In this document: positions 9,363 to 16,673 of the stretch, in pieces
Numbering within the stretch: the stretch's first letter is position 1
Layout of the letters: the number at the start of each line of letters is the position of its first letter
Virus record (IMG/VR): IMGVR_UViG_3300037721_000080
Location: 1 to 38,683 of that record
Direction: 5' to 3' (one strand)
DNA: 38,683 nucleotides
From: a virus
Lineage: Duplodnaviria > Caudoviricetes
Notes under the pieces: model-generated
Told to the model about the DNA's origin: nothing
The model's database searches: none
What the model saw: the letters and a program-made list of their open reading frames with translations, nothing else
Made by a program: the position numbers and the translations under genes

Positions 9363-9625
9363 AGTTCCCCCAATGCCCGAGCGTTCTTCTTCTCCGCCCT
9401 GAGAGCACGACGTGCGTCGCGCTTAGCCAGTTGCTTCCGATGCTCGCGAGCCTCGCTGGCCACAACGCGGCGTTCGTGCCGGTTCAGACGGTTATGCACG
9501 TCCTCGAGGGACGGTTCCGTGTTGCCGTTTGCGAGCTCCGCTAGCTGGTGCCGAGCTATAATAGCTTGGCCCTTGGAGAGGGTAGGGAGTCGGAGCTTGC
9601 GGCGGATGAGGTCCTGGGAGGTCAC
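9359..9625 (-). CDS. Basic hypothetical protein
   Basis: 88 aa, R/K-rich; GTGA overlap with GroES. Confidence 0.55.
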   Translation of the reverse strand: MTSQDLIRRKLRLPTLSKGQAIIARHQLAELANGNTEPSLEDVHNRLNRHERRVVASEAREHRKQLAKRDARRALRAEKKNARALGEL

Positions 9626-10008
9626 GCAATCCCCACGATGCGCTTGTCGTCCTTCTTACCAGCCGGCTCGGCAATTCGCAGAGCAACGTCCTCCTCATCA
9701 AGGAGGCCAGCGATGTAATCGTCTTCTACGACGTATACGACTTCGCCGTTCAGTAAAAACGGCTGAACGAATGCGTTAGCGGTCAACTGAATGTAGTCGC
9801 CCGGCTTACAGTACGTCTCGCGAAACCCAGTTGGGGTCATTTTCCCCGGCCCAGCTGCAACGACCTTCGCACGCTTCGGGGTTTTCACCTCCGTTGCATC
9901 GGGTCCATTGCTAGACTTGTAGGTCTCGGGCATCAAAATGCCGCCCTTAGAGACGTTGGGAATGTCGACGGGAATGAATTGAACGAAGTTTCTAACAGGC
10001 TTAAACAT
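9622..10008 (-). CDS. groES: Co-chaperonin GroES (Cpn10) family protein
   Basis: FKPVRNFV...SKGGILMPE (mobile loop)...KVVAAGPGK...KPGDYI...NGEVVYVVEDDYIAGLL matches the Cpn10 pattern. Confidence 0.88.
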   Translation of the reverse strand: MFKPVRNFVQFIPVDIPNVSKGGILMPETYKSSNGPDATEVKTPKRAKVVAAGPGKMTPTGFRETYCKPGDYIQLTANAFVQPFLLNGEVVYVVEDDYIAGLLDEEDVALRIAEPAGKKDDKRIVGIA

Positions 10009-10017
10009 ATCAGTAAA

Positions 10018-10587
10018 TTACCTTACTCTGCCGAAGTTAAACCGTCGGCTTGCGGTCAAAACTCTATGGAGCTCCGTCATATCGACGGGGGTCAGCACCA
10101 CTGGCGCCCTATCACCCACCGTCTCACTCATTACTGAGGTACGGGTGTGGGTATGCTCCAACCCGGCGGCGTGCAGGATTTCATGCATTGCGACGCTGAC
10201 GAACTGTTCTGAGGTACGTATCCGGTCCGGGACCAGATAGAGGTCCATATCGGCCCGAATGCAAATCCCCACGATCGGCTCCGGCTTCCCTTTGGCGTGG
10301 CGATAATCGAACTTACGTGTAAGCTCGTCCTCTCCGAGGATGCGTAGCAGGCGCCAGGAGCCTTGAGGAACCCAGAACCGCGCGGGGTCCAGCCCCGAGC
10401 GGAGTTGGATGTGTAGGAGCCCACCAGACTGGATATTCAGCGAAATCGCAGCAGCTTCCAGTAAGTTACGCTCACCTGGGGTAAAGGCATCATCTACATA
10501 GATGGTTAGCGACGTGGGCGCGGAGGGGACCCTTACTACCGGACTACTACACCCCCACAGTAACGCACACAGTAACCAAAACTTCAT
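10018..10587 (-). CDS. Lipoprotein zinc metallopeptidase (metzincin/matrixin-like)
   Basis: Lipoprotein-type signal MKFWLLCALLWGC; HEILHAAGLEH (HExxHxxGxxH) and Met-turn SVM. Confidence 0.8.
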   Translation of the reverse strand: MKFWLLCALLWGCSSPVVRVPSAPTSLTIYVDDAFTPGERNLLEAAAISLNIQSGGLLHIQLRSGLDPARFWVPQGSWRLLRILGEDELTRKFDYRHAKGKPEPIVGICIRADMDLYLVPDRIRTSEQFVSVAMHEILHAAGLEHTHTRTSVMSETVGDRAPVVLTPVDMTELHRVLTASRRFNFGRVR

Positions 10588-10615
10588 TGACAAAGTAACT
10601 TAAGGCCGATACCGT
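10587..10615 (+). promoter_or_regulatory. Sigma70-type promoter for the 10661 regulator gene
   Basis: TTGACA (10587-10592), 17 nt, TACCGT (10610-10615); abuts the start codon of the divergent late operon. Confidence 0.65.
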
Positions 10616-10660
10616 TATCGCCGTTAGCTGTTAAATCCTAAACCCTAACCAGGAGGCACT

Positions 10661-11035
10661 ATGGAATACACGTCACTGTCGGCCCGTATATATAAGATAC
10701 AGTTGGACTTTCTGAAGAAAGCTGCAAAAGTGCTAGGAAAGTCGCAAGAGCGTGAGGTTTCGATCGGCGATTTCGTCCGCCTAGCGAGCCTAGAGTACGC
10801 AGAGAAGCTACTCGGTGAGAAGCAACCGGTCTGCCCACCGTTCACGAAAGGCCGTAAGACGGCCGCCGCAGTCGTCGCTAGCGCCCTGGGAATGGACCGC
10901 AGAGCCTGGGAGCGGGGGATCATCGAGGCGGCTACGAAACACGCGCTATCAGCGATGGGTGAGACGACGAACCGTAAGTCAGATATTGGGGGCTTGGCCC
11001 CCCAAATCGCCAGGCGACGCTCTAAAACCGGCTAA
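10661..11035 (+). CDS. Putative DNA-binding regulator (ribbon-helix-helix-like)
   Basis: AGGAGG RBS; N-terminal strand TSLSARI then helices LDFLKKAAKVLG and SIGDFVRLASLEYA fit an RHH/CopG pattern; monocistronic and divergent from the late operon. Confidence 0.6.
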   Translation: MEYTSLSARIYKIQLDFLKKAAKVLGKSQEREVSIGDFVRLASLEYAEKLLGEKQPVCPPFTKGRKTAAAVVASALGMDRRAWERGIIEAATKHALSAMGETTNRKSDIGGLAPQIARRRSKTG

Positions 11036-11043
11036 GCGTACTT

Positions 11044-11068
11044 AACCCCCGGCGTAGGGTCGGGGGTT
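11044..11068 (+). terminator. Intrinsic terminator-like hairpin
   Basis: AACCCCCG/CGGGGGTT stem right after the 11035 stop. Confidence 0.65.
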
Positions 11069-11073
11069 TGTAC

Positions 11074-11108
11074 TTGACGTAAGCGAGGCTGGTGATTAAA
11101 GTACCTCA
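11074..11108 (+). promoter_or_regulatory. Sigma70-type promoter with GTAC operator-like sites
   Basis: TTGACG-N17-TAAAGT; TAAAGTACCTCA overlaps the -10 box. Confidence 0.6.
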
Positions 11109-11147
11109 GTACGCATCACTCGTCTATTACAGAGCGCCAAGCCTGCC

Positions 11148-11405
11148 ATGAAGAAATACAAAGTTGGCGATAAGGTCGGACCATACGTAATTTTAGAAGA
11201 ACGGTCGGAACGTTATCACGGTGGCCGTGTTTTCAGATGTGTATGTAAATGTGGAAAGCAACTCGATCGCAGGGTTGGTGACTTATCCGACACACACATT
11301 GGAAGCCATCGCGGATGTAGGTTGTGGTATCTAGATAAACGCTCGCGCGGTGGGTTGGTCGCTCTAACCGTGGCGCTGGCCGTCAGTTGTGACTCGCGCG
11401 CTTGA
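11148..11405 (+). CDS. Small protein resembling the N-terminal domain of phage HNH endonucleases, with no nuclease domain
   Basis: KVGPYVILE...FRCVCKCG parallels KVGPLTVLE...WRCECECG of the 32700-33398 HNH. Confidence 0.55.
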   Translation: MKKYKVGDKVGPYVILEERSERYHGGRVFRCVCKCGKQLDRRVGDLSDTHIGSHRGCRLWYLDKRSRGGLVALTVALAVSCDSRA

Positions 11406-11881
11406 GGTTCCCCCGGCACCTCGCCCGTCTCCAGCCGAACGGCTATTCCTGCGGTCCAGCGGCGCTGAGACACGCGATGCTCTGCTACGGCGTGCAGCGC
11501 TCGGTCCGGTGGCTAGCCAGCGTCTGTGAGGCGGATAGCGACGGTACGAACGAGGTTCACCTGCGATGCGCGGCGCGTGCTTGCGGACTACGTCTCGAGT
11601 ATGCCAAGTTCCATACGTTGGCGCTTACGCAAGAGACTATAAGGTGGCACGTTCGCCAGGGACACCCGGTGCTGCTGTGCGTGGATACGGCGACGGATGG
11701 ACCATGGCAGCATTGGATCGCCGTTGTGGGGGCAACGGCACAGTATGTCACAGTCTGTGACAGCGCTCGTCCGGGGCCGGTCGTCAGGAGGCATACCTGG
11801 AAGCAGCTGATGCGACGTCTGGCGGTGTGGGAGGGGGAGCGGATGAACCGATACGATGTTTATGCATTAGTTCGTACGTAG
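11402..11881 (+). CDS. Peptidase C39-like cysteine protease (stand-alone)
   Basis: LQPNGYSCGPAALRHAM (Q-x5-C), GT motif, HWIAVVG and DSA give the Cys-His-Asp triad. Confidence 0.8.
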   Translation: MRFPRHLARLQPNGYSCGPAALRHAMLCYGVQRSVRWLASVCEADSDGTNEVHLRCAARACGLRLEYAKFHTLALTQETIRWHVRQGHPVLLCVDTATDGPWQHWIAVVGATAQYVTVCDSARPGPVVRRHTWKQLMRRLAVWEGERMNRYDVYALVRT

Positions 11882-11921
11882 AGTACTTTACTTTCTGTCC
11901 GGGCCGACGTATCAATAGGGC
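11881..11921 (+). promoter_or_regulatory. Repeated phage promoter, copy 1 (leaderless)
   Basis: AGTAC-TTTACT(11887)-N17-TATCAA-N6-ATG(11922). Confidence 0.7.
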
Positions 11922-12125
11922 ATGGACTGCTCCCCCTCGTATCACACGGCGTTACGTACTCTCTGGCGCGTCGGCATTGACATTACGCACATTGGTGTCC
12001 AAGATGACGGTCGGGGGAACCGCTTGGAACTGTGCAACTGTAAAAAGTGCGATAGCACGCTGGCGAGGGAGATGAGGCGGAGTGAGATGCCGCCACCTCC
12101 GATGCCGATGGAGAGGGTCCGATGA
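11922..12125 (+). CDS. Small Cys-containing hypothetical protein
   Basis: 67 aa, LELCNCKKCDSTL; starts at the predicted +1. Confidence 0.6.
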   Translation: MDCSPSYHTALRTLWRVGIDITHIGVQDDGRGNRLELCNCKKCDSTLAREMRRSEMPPPPMPMERVR

Positions 12126-12550
12126 ATACAGCGCACGAACGGGAGGACGAGGGGTTCATCAGCTATGTCCGACAACGCCCGGACGTATACCCGTACCTGA
12201 ACGTCTTGACTCGTACCGAACTGATTCAAAAGGCGCGAGCCCTAGCTGGGAGTCGTCAGTTGAACTTCCACACGATTGCAGAGTGTCTAGAAAACGGACA
12301 CAGGGACGCTATGCGGGCAAGTAAAGCCGTTAGCGAACCTGTTCCACTTGCGCCCGCGCCTGTGACGCGGGGGTTAAGTGCTGGTGGTGCGGGAATGAGT
12401 AAGCAAGATGGGTGCCCGTGCGGCGACACGTGCTGCGATAATCCGGACGTAGACAGACTTGAGCATGAGTGCCCGACCGACGAGTTCTGCGAGGATTGCT
12501 ACGCGTCGCACTGTAACAACTGCCATCGTACGTGCTGGTGTGACCTCTAG
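12122..12550 (+). CDS. Hypothetical protein with Cys-rich C-terminus
   Basis: ATGA overlap, GGAGAGG RBS; last 51 aa contain 11 Cys. Confidence 0.55.
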   Translation: MNTAHEREDEGFISYVRQRPDVYPYLNVLTRTELIQKARALAGSRQLNFHTIAECLENGHRDAMRASKAVSEPVPLAPAPVTRGLSAGGAGMSKQDGCPCGDTCCDNPDVDRLEHECPTDEFCEDCYASHCNNCHRTCWCDL

Positions 12551-12566
12551 TGAGGAGCCCTAACTC

Positions 12567-12812
12567 ATGACCCACCCCATAGGCCAGTCCCCCGCTGCAA
12601 TCCACGCGCGCATCACCCGGGAGCTCTCCATGCTGACCGTAACCACGGGGTACGTGATTAAGCAGCGCTACGCGGACGATTCCTGGCACGTTGTAGGCCG
12701 GAAGAAGACCATCTTACGGGCGAGAGTGTTCCGTGATGGGTTGAAGGCGCATTACGGGAACGTGTTTAAGATTGTTAGGATGTATCGGAAGGTAAGATAT
12801 AGCCATGAATAG
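12567..12812 (+). CDS. Hypothetical protein
   Basis: 81 aa, GAGGAG RBS. Confidence 0.55.
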   Translation: MTHPIGQSPAAIHARITRELSMLTVTTGYVIKQRYADDSWHVVGRKKTILRARVFRDGLKAHYGNVFKIVRMYRKVRYSHE

Positions 12813-13056
12813 GTTGCAGCGATTAAACGAGCTCAAGACTTTGAAGAAGGGGTGGCTGAATGGTGATGGTAAGGTAATCACCAAAGCTGCGCTATCTAAA
12901 GCGGCAGAGCTAATCGTGCCGCGCATTTATCCTACGGTCGATGGTGGTATCACGCTTGAGACGGACGAATACGACATTATCGTTCGACCAGATGGAACAG
13001 TGGATATCATCTGCGGTCGCACAGTGGTTGGCGTGTATGAGAAGTGTATTTTTTAA
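12805..13056 (+). CDS. Hypothetical phage protein
   Basis: 83 aa, RLNELKTLKKGWLNGDG...PRIYPTVDGGITLE. Confidence 0.6.
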   Translation: MNRLQRLNELKTLKKGWLNGDGKVITKAALSKAAELIVPRIYPTVDGGITLETDEYDIIVRPDGTVDIICGRTVVGVYEKCIF

Positions 13057-13447
13057 CGACGAACGAAAGTGGCATGCCAGCCACCCATTCGACGACGTCT
13101 TGCAGGTCGGTACAGCCAAGGCAGTTGGCTACGTATGCACGGAAGAAACGCCCGATATAACTGCCGATAAGCTGGTTCTTGTCCGTTCCGCCGACGATTC
13201 AATCTACAGCCGCACCTTCTGGGTGTGCGATCGTCTAATGGCACAAGCTGTGCTCGATAAGCACAGCGCAACGGTAACGGCTCACGGCTGGCCTATGGAC
13301 GCACGACGTTTTTTCGTGCGATTGGTGTTTGAAGATATCCCACACAACGCACTCTACCACGTCGTTTGCGACCTGTTTAACAGCTGGTGTCTACACTGCG
13401 AACCGCCGCCGGTTTGGCGCGACGGAGTAGCCTATGCCCGCCGATGA
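13037..13447 (+). CDS. Hypothetical protein
   Basis: 136 aa from ATG 13037. Confidence 0.55.
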   Translation: MRSVFFNDERKWHASHPFDDVLQVGTAKAVGYVCTEETPDITADKLVLVRSADDSIYSRTFWVCDRLMAQAVLDKHSATVTAHGWPMDARRFFVRLVFEDIPHNALYHVVCDLFNSWCLHCEPPPVWRDGVAYARR

Positions 13448-13537
13448 TACCGGCCGTCTCGCCCTCAAGTCCCGAATCATCCGTGAGTTAGAGGCGGAGG
13501 TAGCCAGGCTCCAGGCTGAGTTACGAGAATTAAAGAA

Positions 13538-13580
13538 ATAAGTACTTTACTTATTCGGCGAAGTGACGTACTGTTTAGGT
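13538..13580 (+). promoter_or_regulatory. Repeated phage promoter, copy 2 (leaderless)
   Basis: ATAAGTAC-TTTACT(13546)-N17-TACTGT-N6-ATG(13581). Confidence 0.75.
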
Positions 13581-13748
13581 ATGAAGACGACGACAGAGAC
13601 GCTCCGCTGGACGATGAAAGACCTGACCAACGTTATCGTTGCCCAGGAAGAGATGGTTAAGGCTGGTTTCAACTGCCCCAAGCTCGCCACGTACTGGACT
13701 CAGTTTCTCGCCGTTGAGACGGAACTCAAGAACCGCGGTGCGCTGTGA
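13581..13748 (+). CDS. Hypothetical protein
   Basis: 55 aa from the leaderless ATG. Confidence 0.6.
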   Translation: MKTTTETLRWTMKDLTNVIVAQEEMVKAGFNCPKLATYWTQFLAVETELKNRGAL

Positions 13749-14008
13749 TTACGGACAGCGTGCAGACCGTCCTAGCCTGGGAAGCCGAGTGGGTGAAGAC
13801 CCGCGGACGGCTTTCCGTTGGCATGGCGAAAGCCGCCGCAAGGGGATGTGAGACCAGGCTGACCGATGTGTGGGCTGGTGTCATCGCCCGAGCGGTAGCG
13901 GCTGAGGGCGGCGCATGGGCGCAGCTGCAAAAGGAACAGATTGCGCAACGTCTGGAGCAGGATGCCGCAATGAAAGCAGCGTCTTCGCGTCACAGATTCG
14001 GATACTAG
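13745..14008 (+). CDS. Hypothetical protein
   Basis: 87 aa, GTGA overlap. Confidence 0.55.
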   Translation: MITDSVQTVLAWEAEWVKTRGRLSVGMAKAAARGCETRLTDVWAGVIARAVAAEGGAWAQLQKEQIAQRLEQDAAMKAASSRHRFGY

Positions 14009-14135
14009 CTTATTTTACGTTGTAACTGAACGCGGAATGCACGGTATGCCCAGCAATGGGAGAGCACGCCAGGAACCCTACAACATGACGCCGTGTAATG
14101 TGGGGACTTTTTCAGTTACAACGTTGAGTAAGCTA
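14006..14135 (+). ncRNA. Candidate structured non-coding RNA (long closing stem, internal hairpin, possible pseudoknot)
   Basis: Perfect 14-bp inverted repeat 14017-14030/14111-14124, extended by 14006-14015/14126-14135 with G-U pairs on the + strand; CCCA-GCAA-TGGG GNRA hairpin inside; intergenic. Confidence 0.55.
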
Positions 14136-14161
14136 CGAGCTGGCACCAAACTTTCCGACGG

Positions 14162-14204
14162 ATAAGTACTTTACTTTCTCTCCGCCGTGCCGTATTAAAT
14201 AGGC
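14162..14204 (+). promoter_or_regulatory. Repeated phage promoter, copy 3 (leaderless)
   Basis: ATAAGTAC-TTTACT(14170)-N17-TATTAA-N6-ATG(14205). Confidence 0.75.
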
Positions 14205-14300
14205 ATGAGTGACGAACGCAAAACAGTCCCGGCCCCGCCGATTCCGAGTTCGGAGCTGGCGCGCGAGTGGGAGCGTCGTCTCAAGGAGAGTGCCAAATGA
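14205..14300 (+). CDS. 31-aa peptide
   Basis: MSDERKTVPAPPIPSSELAREWERRLKESAK; starts at the predicted +1; ATGA-coupled to the next gene. Not in the ORF track. Confidence 0.55.
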   Translation: MSDERKTVPAPPIPSSELAREWERRLKESAK

Positions 14301-14455
14301 CCCGCGAATTGTTTGACATGGCGATTGCTGAGTTTGATTCCCGCGCTGAAATCGCGCTCCAGTCTGGCGACTTCGAGGCCGTAGAGGCTCTGTACATGGA
14401 AGCCGTCGCGGCGCTGGATGGTGAGGAGCCGACGGATGAAGAGGTGAGCCTGTGA
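14297..14455 (+). CDS. Small acidic protein
   Basis: 52 aa, AAGGAG RBS, very D/E-rich. Confidence 0.6.
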   Translation: MTRELFDMAIAEFDSRAEIALQSGDFEAVEALYMEAVAALDGEEPTDEEVSL

Positions 14456-14952
14456 AGTACCTAGCGCTCTGTGCTCTGCTGACTGCCGGCTGCGCCGGAC
14501 CCTCTGGCCCGTGGAACGTCGATGAAAGATTCTCCGAGGCCGAGCAGGCCGCCATCGCACAGGGTGCAGCAACCTGGCCTGTACCCATCGAGCTCCGCTT
14601 CGGACAGCATGTAAACGCCTTCCAGACGGACGCGCGGGTCATCGTCCGAGTGGACCGCGACGTGATGAACGTCGCCTATCCGGAGAGCCGGGGGCGCAAC
14701 GTACGCGCCGTTACCTTCGACCAGCAGAAGATCCTCCTAGAGCCGGACACGATGAACGCGCCGCTCTGGTGGACCGTCGCTCACGAGCTGGGTCACGGTA
14801 TGGGCATCGAAGACCACGTGAGCGACCCGGGGTCCGTGATGTATTCGACGCTGGACCTCACGGCCGTGCGCTGGTGTGTGACGGAGTACGACGCAAGCGC
14901 GTACCGAGCTGCTACGGGGCAGTGGATGGAGAGCACATGTGGTTCGCAATAG
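14452..14952 (+). CDS. Lipoprotein zinc metallopeptidase (metzincin-like)
   Basis: Lipobox MKYLALCALLTAGC; HELGHGMGIEDH; Met-turn SVMY; GAGG RBS. Confidence 0.8.
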   Translation: MKYLALCALLTAGCAGPSGPWNVDERFSEAEQAAIAQGAATWPVPIELRFGQHVNAFQTDARVIVRVDRDVMNVAYPESRGRNVRAVTFDQQKILLEPDTMNAPLWWTVAHELGHGMGIEDHVSDPGSVMYSTLDLTAVRWCVTEYDASAYRAATGQWMESTCGSQ

Positions 14953-15336
14953 GCGTCGTTGTGGGCGTATATGGTACGGTGCTACTGATGTATCTCGTGG
15001 TGGGTGCGTTGTGGGACGTGGTAAAACGCATCCTCCGATGAAACTCGACCTACAGATATACATGCTCGAAGAGAGCATCCGCTATTGGCGCGCCGTTGTA
15101 GTGAAGCTGGAAGCGCAGCTAGAGAAGCTGAAGGCTAACCGCCGCTCTTAGGCGTCCAGCCCCGCGGCTTCCTGCCCGGCATGGCGTGATGGCCAGCAGG
15201 GGCTGGGGGCTCGCGACGGTCGCAGAACGAGCAACTGCCGAGTTCGTGGACGTGGTCCTCCTCAGCCTTCTTACCGAAGATGGCGTCCCAGCCTTCATCG
15301 TAGGCGCGGGATTGTGGATGGGTGATGATCTTCATT

Positions 15337-15738
15337 TTACTTACACCATTCTGCGAAATCGGTGCGCATTTGGTCAATGTCTCCAGTTTCTAGACAGCGC
15401 GCGACAATGCCTTCAAGGCTACGTCGGCGTCCTTGCGCTGTGTTTACCATCTCGAGGAGTGCGTCGACGTACGCCGGCGCATCGGCAATGAACTCTGCGT
15501 TCTTCCGGCCTTGTGCAGTGGCCGTGTCTCCGCTCAGAATGTCAACCGTTGCGACACACGCTTCTTTACCCGCGTCTTCAGTGCAGAGAGGGCCGCTAAA
15601 CACCGCGCTGTAGCTGTTGTAGAACCATGGTGTGGGGGAGATAGCAGCGCGCGCCGCACGTATCGCTTCTATTGTTTTAGACACGTTTGCCTCAATTCGG
15701 TACGGGGAGTTCAACGCCATACTTAGCTTTAACCACAT
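15337..15738 (-). CDS. Ead/Ea22-like phage protein
   Basis: AAISPTPW...NAEFIADAPAYVDALL is the Ead/Ea22-type pattern; true start is probably internal. Confidence 0.6.
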   Translation of the reverse strand: MWLKLSMALNSPYRIEANVSKTIEAIRAARAAISPTPWFYNSYSAVFSGPLCTEDAGKEACVATVDILSGDTATAQGRKNAEFIADAPAYVDALLEMVNTAQGRRRSLEGIVARCLETGDIDQMRTDFAEWCK

Positions 15739-15994
15739 TGTGCAACTCTCGCCAGAAATCCGCCTCGGGTAGGCTGTCCGGTTCGAGAATAGCCGCCGCC
15801 AACTGCTCCGACGCCGTGTTCGTACTCAGTGCCATGCACCGTTCATACGCTTGCAGCGCGTGGAGGACCTCACCAGCCGTGATGGCAGGTCGGCTGATAA
15901 TCTCCACCAGCCGGTCGAATGCCTTGCGTAGGAACGCGCGACGACGGTGGCGAGGGATTAGGTCCATTGAAGGACGACCGCGAGGGAGAGACAT
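15692..15994 (-). CDS. Hypothetical protein (N-terminal PRGRPS)
   Basis: 100 aa helical ORF. Confidence 0.55.
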   Translation of the reverse strand: MSLPRGRPSMDLIPRHRRRAFLRKAFDRLVEIISRPAITAGEVLHALQAYERCMALSTNTASEQLAAAILEPDSLPEADFWRELHNVVKAKYGVELPVPN

Positions 15995-16199
15995 AGGGTA
16001 AGGCTCCAGATAAGTAGGTTATAGTAAGGGTGAAACATATCACTTAAGCTTTTTAAGCAATTCTCCCACATAACGCTGAGAATCCTCTAAGTGTTGCTTC
16101 AGACTGGCGATTCGCCTATCCTTCTCGAGTGATTCCCGTACCAGCATATCGATAAAATCGTGATCGCTGGCGTACCCAGCTACTTCCGCCAGCTTGTGT

Positions 16200-16409
16200 T
16201 TAGAGGGCGAGGATGGCATTGCTGATAACGGCGGGTACGTAATTGTAGGTGCGGAGAACGTTGCTGGCGAAGACGATGGCGCCGAGGCGGCTTTTGCCAA
16301 GGTTGGCAATGGCGTAATTGTAGGCGCGTTTGGCGCGAAGGTTGAGGATGTCGCGGGGGCTGGCGTAGTTGTTTTTATCGCAGTTGGTTTTGATTGCGTC
16401 GTTGTTCAT
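16200..16409 (-). CDS. Hypothetical protein
   Basis: 69 aa; ATG at the predicted +1 of promoter copy 4. Confidence 0.55.
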   Translation of the reverse strand: MNNDAIKTNCDKNNYASPRDILNLRAKRAYNYAIANLGKSRLGAIVFASNVLRTYNYVPAVISNAILAL

Positions 16410-16452
16410 GCCCTTATACTACGGTACGCCTCCAAGAAAGTAAAGCACTTTA
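16410..16452 (-). promoter_or_regulatory. Repeated phage promoter, copy 4 (leaderless)
   Basis: Minus strand TAAAGTGC-TTTACT-N17-TAGTAT-N6-ATG(16409). Confidence 0.7.
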
Positions 16453-16453
16453 A

Positions 16454-16651
16454 TTAATAATGCTCGTAAAGCTCATGCCACTCCGGCGTTGCCTCCTCGG
16501 GCAGTTCTATCTCAAGGGTAATGCGCTTCCCCTTAGCAGCCAGGGTCAGAGCGGCGTGAAACGGTTCCTGTGTAAGGCGAAGCTTTCGGAATTGAAGATA
16601 TGCGTCGATGTCGTACATTGTAGTATACTTGGTGTGGTCTCCAGCCCCCAT
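16454..16651 (-). CDS. Hypothetical protein
   Basis: 65 aa in the minus-strand run. Confidence 0.5.
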   Translation of the reverse strand: MGAGDHTKYTTMYDIDAYLQFRKLRLTQEPFHAALTLAAKGKRITLEIELPEEATPEWHELYEHY

Positions 16652-16673
16652 CTATTCAGTATATTCTAGCCTG

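Noticed and set aside
11330-11405. GG motif in the ORF upstream of the C39 peptidase as a double-glycine leader
   Set aside because: Lacks the LSxxELxxIxGG leader pattern, and no transporter is present.
14039-14105. HDV-like ribozyme reading of the 14-kb element (7-bp helix starting with G-U, crossing helix)
   Set aside because: No room for P3/L3, no P1.1 GG, and no catalytic C in a J4/2 strand.
14006-14135. Retron msr-msd (a1/a2 repeats)
   Set aside because: No reverse transcriptase in the window.
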